This document shows positions 32,252 to 34,501 of a stretch of 34,501 bases of DNA, piece after piece. Under the pieces are notes generated by a model. It was not told the origin of the DNA. It saw only the letters and a list, made by a program, of their open reading frames with translations, and did not search any database. Made by a program: the position numbers and the translations under genes. The stretch spans positions 1 to 34,501 of the forward strand of contig JASHTX010000020.1 in NCBI GenBank assembly GCA_030040335.1, written 5' to 3'. This DNA is from Candidatus Micrarchaeota archaeon. GTDB lineage: Archaea; Micrarchaeota; Micrarchaeia; Micrarchaeales; CABMGC01. Numbering within the stretch: position 1 is the stretch's first letter; each line of letters opens with the position of its first letter.

Positions 32252-34440
32252 GAGTAGACGCCTACCTTGATTGCGTTGGCCACGCCCGTCGTGTAATTAG
32301 TCACAGAAAGAAGGGTGCTGGATTTTGTAACCTCATATGCATTGCTCAGCCCGGGCGGTTTATAGTTCTGCGTGGTGAAACCGACCGGGCCGCTCAAGAA
32401 ACCAGGATTGAAGCCTGCGTAATCATTGGCGTCTCCGGCGAGTGGGTACCACGCCACAAGGCCGTAGCCTTTGAGCGGTACGCCATCGACGCCGCGTAGG
32501 TAAAGCTCGGCCACCTGCGTCCTCAGTATCGGCTTGCTGTATATCTGCACGTTTGCGATATTGCCGGTGAAGTACCTTGTGTCCATGTAGTTGCCTGCTC
32601 CTATTGTCAGGTTTATGTTAGGCGTTGTGGGAAATATGGTGGCAACCGGAGAGTTTACCGTATATGGAGTGTTGCTGTTTATGTACTCGTCGGCATACGT
32701 GCCGTTGAAGACTCCGGTTATCATATACCACCTGTTCTTGTTCAGCACGAGACCGTTGACAGGGATCTGCTGCGTGTGCTGTATGCTGAACTGTATGACG
32801 TTGCTGCTGGTCAGGTAGAAGAACCATCCGCAGTATGTAGAGGGAGAGAGACAGGTGCCGTTGTCTCCGTAATTCAGGAGCTTGGCGCCGCTTGCAGGGT
32901 AAGCGCTGATGTTTATCCAGAAGACCACGCTCACATCTGATGTGTTAAGTGCCTGGATGTTCTTTGCGTCTATGCGCCCCGAAGCCCCGGAGAAGCCTGC
33001 GGTCGTTATCGTCTGTGAGACAGAGTTTGAGACGTAGAGGCTGTAATTCAGCAGCGGATATACGGAGTTGAGCAGGGCGATTCCGCAACCGGTCTGGGAG
33101 TTAAGGTACATAGTTGCCGCTGCGGATAGCAGCGATGCGTAGAGAGGGGAATCACATGTGCCGTACGCGTAGACCTTGTTATTCGCCATTACGTAGAGCC
33201 TGCCATAGGCAAGAGCCATGTACGGCGAGATGTGTACTCTTGGGATCAGAGAGAACCACTGGATCTTGCCTGTCGTGAGGTTCATGGCTGCAAGGCCGTT
33301 GCTCCACAAAGTGTAGACAGATGTGGCAGTCACCACAGGCGTCGCATTTTCCAGTGGTCCGTTATACGAGACCGGCACGATAGTATTCCAGTAGGGAGTT
33401 CCGGAAGGCGACATTGCATTGACCCCTGCGGCCGTCTGGAATACCACGTAATTCTTGAAAGTGGCAACTCCGGTCGGTGCCGACCCGAGCGCAATCGGGA
33501 AGCCGGTAACTACGGTGCCGTTGACATAAATGGCGTTTGCTGATGTTCCGGTGCCCAGGTATGTGACCGTTCCGGAGCCGGCGAGGTTGTTTGTCGGAGG
33601 GTTCCCGGAAGTGTATGTGGTTGAGACGAGCTGCGCGGTAGAGGCACCTGCGCTGAACAGAGTTATAAGCAGCTGGGATGTGGTAAGCTCGATTACGGTG
33701 CCCCTCAACACGGCAAGCGAGATCGGCGCACTGCCGGCTGAGTTCGACCATACCTGGGTTCCGTTGTTTGCATAGTAGGAATACATGCTGCTGCTTGCGC
33801 CGAAGAATATCCTGTTTGCGTAGGCTATTATCGGAGTGGTCACAGGCGTAATGGATTGTATTGACTTTGTGGTCCATATCAGCGCACCGCTCCTTGCGTT
33901 GACTGCGGTGAGGTTTGTCTCGTTTGCGTATATCAGCATTCCTGAGTAGAGTGCGGGCGTAGGGAGGTTCCTGCCGCCGTTTGTACCAACAATCCTGACC
34001 CAGGCGGTCCTGTTTGTCGTTGCGTTTACTGCATAAATCAGCGTGTTGCCGGTGTTGCTACCGGCTCCGAAGTAAAAGTCGCCGTAGTCTGCAACAAGCC
34101 CCATGGTCACTGTGTTGCTGGGGTTGAATACGTAAGAGAGTATCCCTTCTTTAGGGCCCACCAGGTTGCTGCTGTTGGTCTGCGGACCGCCTAGAAACTG
34201 CGGGGATGTCTCATTGGCGCCGAGATACTGGGTTGCTATGGCGCCTGCTAGCGCGCTGCTGTTTTGCAGCGACACAACACTCGTGGAAGAAAGGTATGAA
34301 AGCAGGTCCTGGACGTTGGAGTAATGGATTGCGTAAGGGGTCTGGGCATAGTACTGGAAGTAGAGGAGTATGGAGATGCATAACACCACTATGGCCAGAG
34401 CGAAGACGGAATCCAGCGTAAAGATTATTCCCTTCATCAA
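32242..34440 (-). CDS. class III signal peptide (pilin-like) protein with PQQ-like beta-propeller and C-terminal LamG domain
   Basis: 732 aa. The start is TTG at 34440 or, more likely, ATG at 34437: MKG|IIFTLDSVFALAIVVLCISILLYF. Repeated propeller-blade motifs are LIYAVNATTNRTAWV, LTAVNARSGALIWTT, YSYYANNGTQVWSN, VNAMSPSGTPYWNT and LAAMNLTTGKIQWFS. The LamG tail is FTGNIANVQIYSKPILRTQVAELY followed by LVAWYPLAGDANDYAG. Confidence 0.85.
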   Translation of the reverse strand: MMKGIIFTLDSVFALAIVVLCISILLYFQYYAQTPYAIHYSNVQDLLSYLSSTSVVSLQNSSALAGAIATQYLGANETSPQFLGGPQTNSSNLVGPKEGILSYVFNPSNTVTMGLVADYGDFYFGAGSNTGNTLIYAVNATTNRTAWVRIVGTNGGRNLPTPALYSGMLIYANETNLTAVNARSGALIWTTKSIQSITPVTTPIIAYANRIFFGASSSMYSYYANNGTQVWSNSAGSAPISLAVLRGTVIELTTSQLLITLFSAGASTAQLVSTTYTSGNPPTNNLAGSGTVTYLGTGTSANAIYVNGTVVTGFPIALGSAPTGVATFKNYVVFQTAAGVNAMSPSGTPYWNTIVPVSYNGPLENATPVVTATSVYTLWSNGLAAMNLTTGKIQWFSLIPRVHISPYMALAYGRLYVMANNKVYAYGTCDSPLYASLLSAAATMYLNSQTGCGIALLNSVYPLLNYSLYVSNSVSQTITTAGFSGASGRIDAKNIQALNTSDVSVVFWINISAYPASGAKLLNYGDNGTCLSPSTYCGWFFYLTSSNVIQFSIQHTQQIPVNGLVLNKNRWYMITGVFNGTYADEYINSNTPYTVNSPVATIFPTTPNINLTIGAGNYMDTRYFTGNIANVQIYSKPILRTQVAELYLRGVDGVPLKGYGLVAWYPLAGDANDYAGFNPGFLSGPVGFTTQNYKPPGLSNAYEVTKSSTLLSVTNYTTGVANAIKVGVYSWS

Positions 34441-34501
34441 GACACACCGAAACTTTTGTTCGTCCAGACTATTATCTGCATCTTGGCTGGCACACCGTTC
34501 A
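34437..34501 (-). CDS. possible 3' end of a further upstream gene of the pilin-like operon (truncated by the window edge)
   Basis: The minus-strand frame reads ...NGVPAKMQIIVWTNKSFGVS* with TGA at 34439-34437, sharing one base with the ATG at 34437 (TGATG). Only 21 codons are visible, so this is weak. Confidence 0.3.
   Translation of the reverse strand, partial: NGVPAKMQIIVWTNKSFGVS

Noticed and set aside
1-34501. CRISPR arrays, IS elements, transposases, integrases or rRNA genes
   Set aside because: I saw no regularly spaced direct repeats, no terminal inverted repeats flanking a transposase-like ORF and no rRNA-like sequence. The only repeats are intragenic: the Q/P duplication and the LamG leader cassette.

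Overview
Archaeal chromosomal segment with very high gene density. I support about 33 protein genes and one tRNA. Many genes abut or overlap by 1-16 nt, several use GTG or TTG starts, and AT-rich TATA-like boxes sit about 25-30 nt upstream of start codons, suggesting leaderless or short-leader mRNAs. Archaeal origin is supported by topoisomerase VI subunit B, aIF2-gamma, ribosomal protein S6e, Cdc48/VAT with a C-terminal HbYX-type tail, a tRNA-Gln(CUG) without encoded CCA, and class III (type IV pilin-like) signal peptides. The lineage cannot be fixed without a database search. The compaction and surface-protein repertoire would fit a small-genome archaeon (DPANN/Micrarchaeota-like or Thermoplasmata-like), but that is inference only. 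Bases 1-19600 are mostly ordinary genes: top6B, a KH/Dim2-like protein, a DHH phosphoesterase, a HAD hydrolase, the cdc48-rps6e-eif2g block, an M50 protease, a polytopic membrane protein, an Ldh_2-family dehydrogenase and an MFS transporter, plus several ORFans. The ORFans include a 789-aa sequon-rich surface protein. The accessory-looking part is 19660-34501. It holds an orphan LamG-type pilin-like gene, a NUDIX hydrolase and three consecutive RCK-domain genes with no K+ selectivity filter. My best candidate for an undescribed system follows them. It is a six-gene type IV filament machinery operon (23605-29586): a wHTH/coiled-coil protein, a FlaI/TadA-like ATPase, a Q/P-rich repeat protein and a platform split into two T2SSF genes. 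This operon converges, 1 nt apart, on an operon of giant class III signal peptide proteins (732 and 887 aa) that carry a PQQ-like beta-propeller and LamG modules. All functional calls rest on motif recognition by eye; no searches or structure predictions were run.
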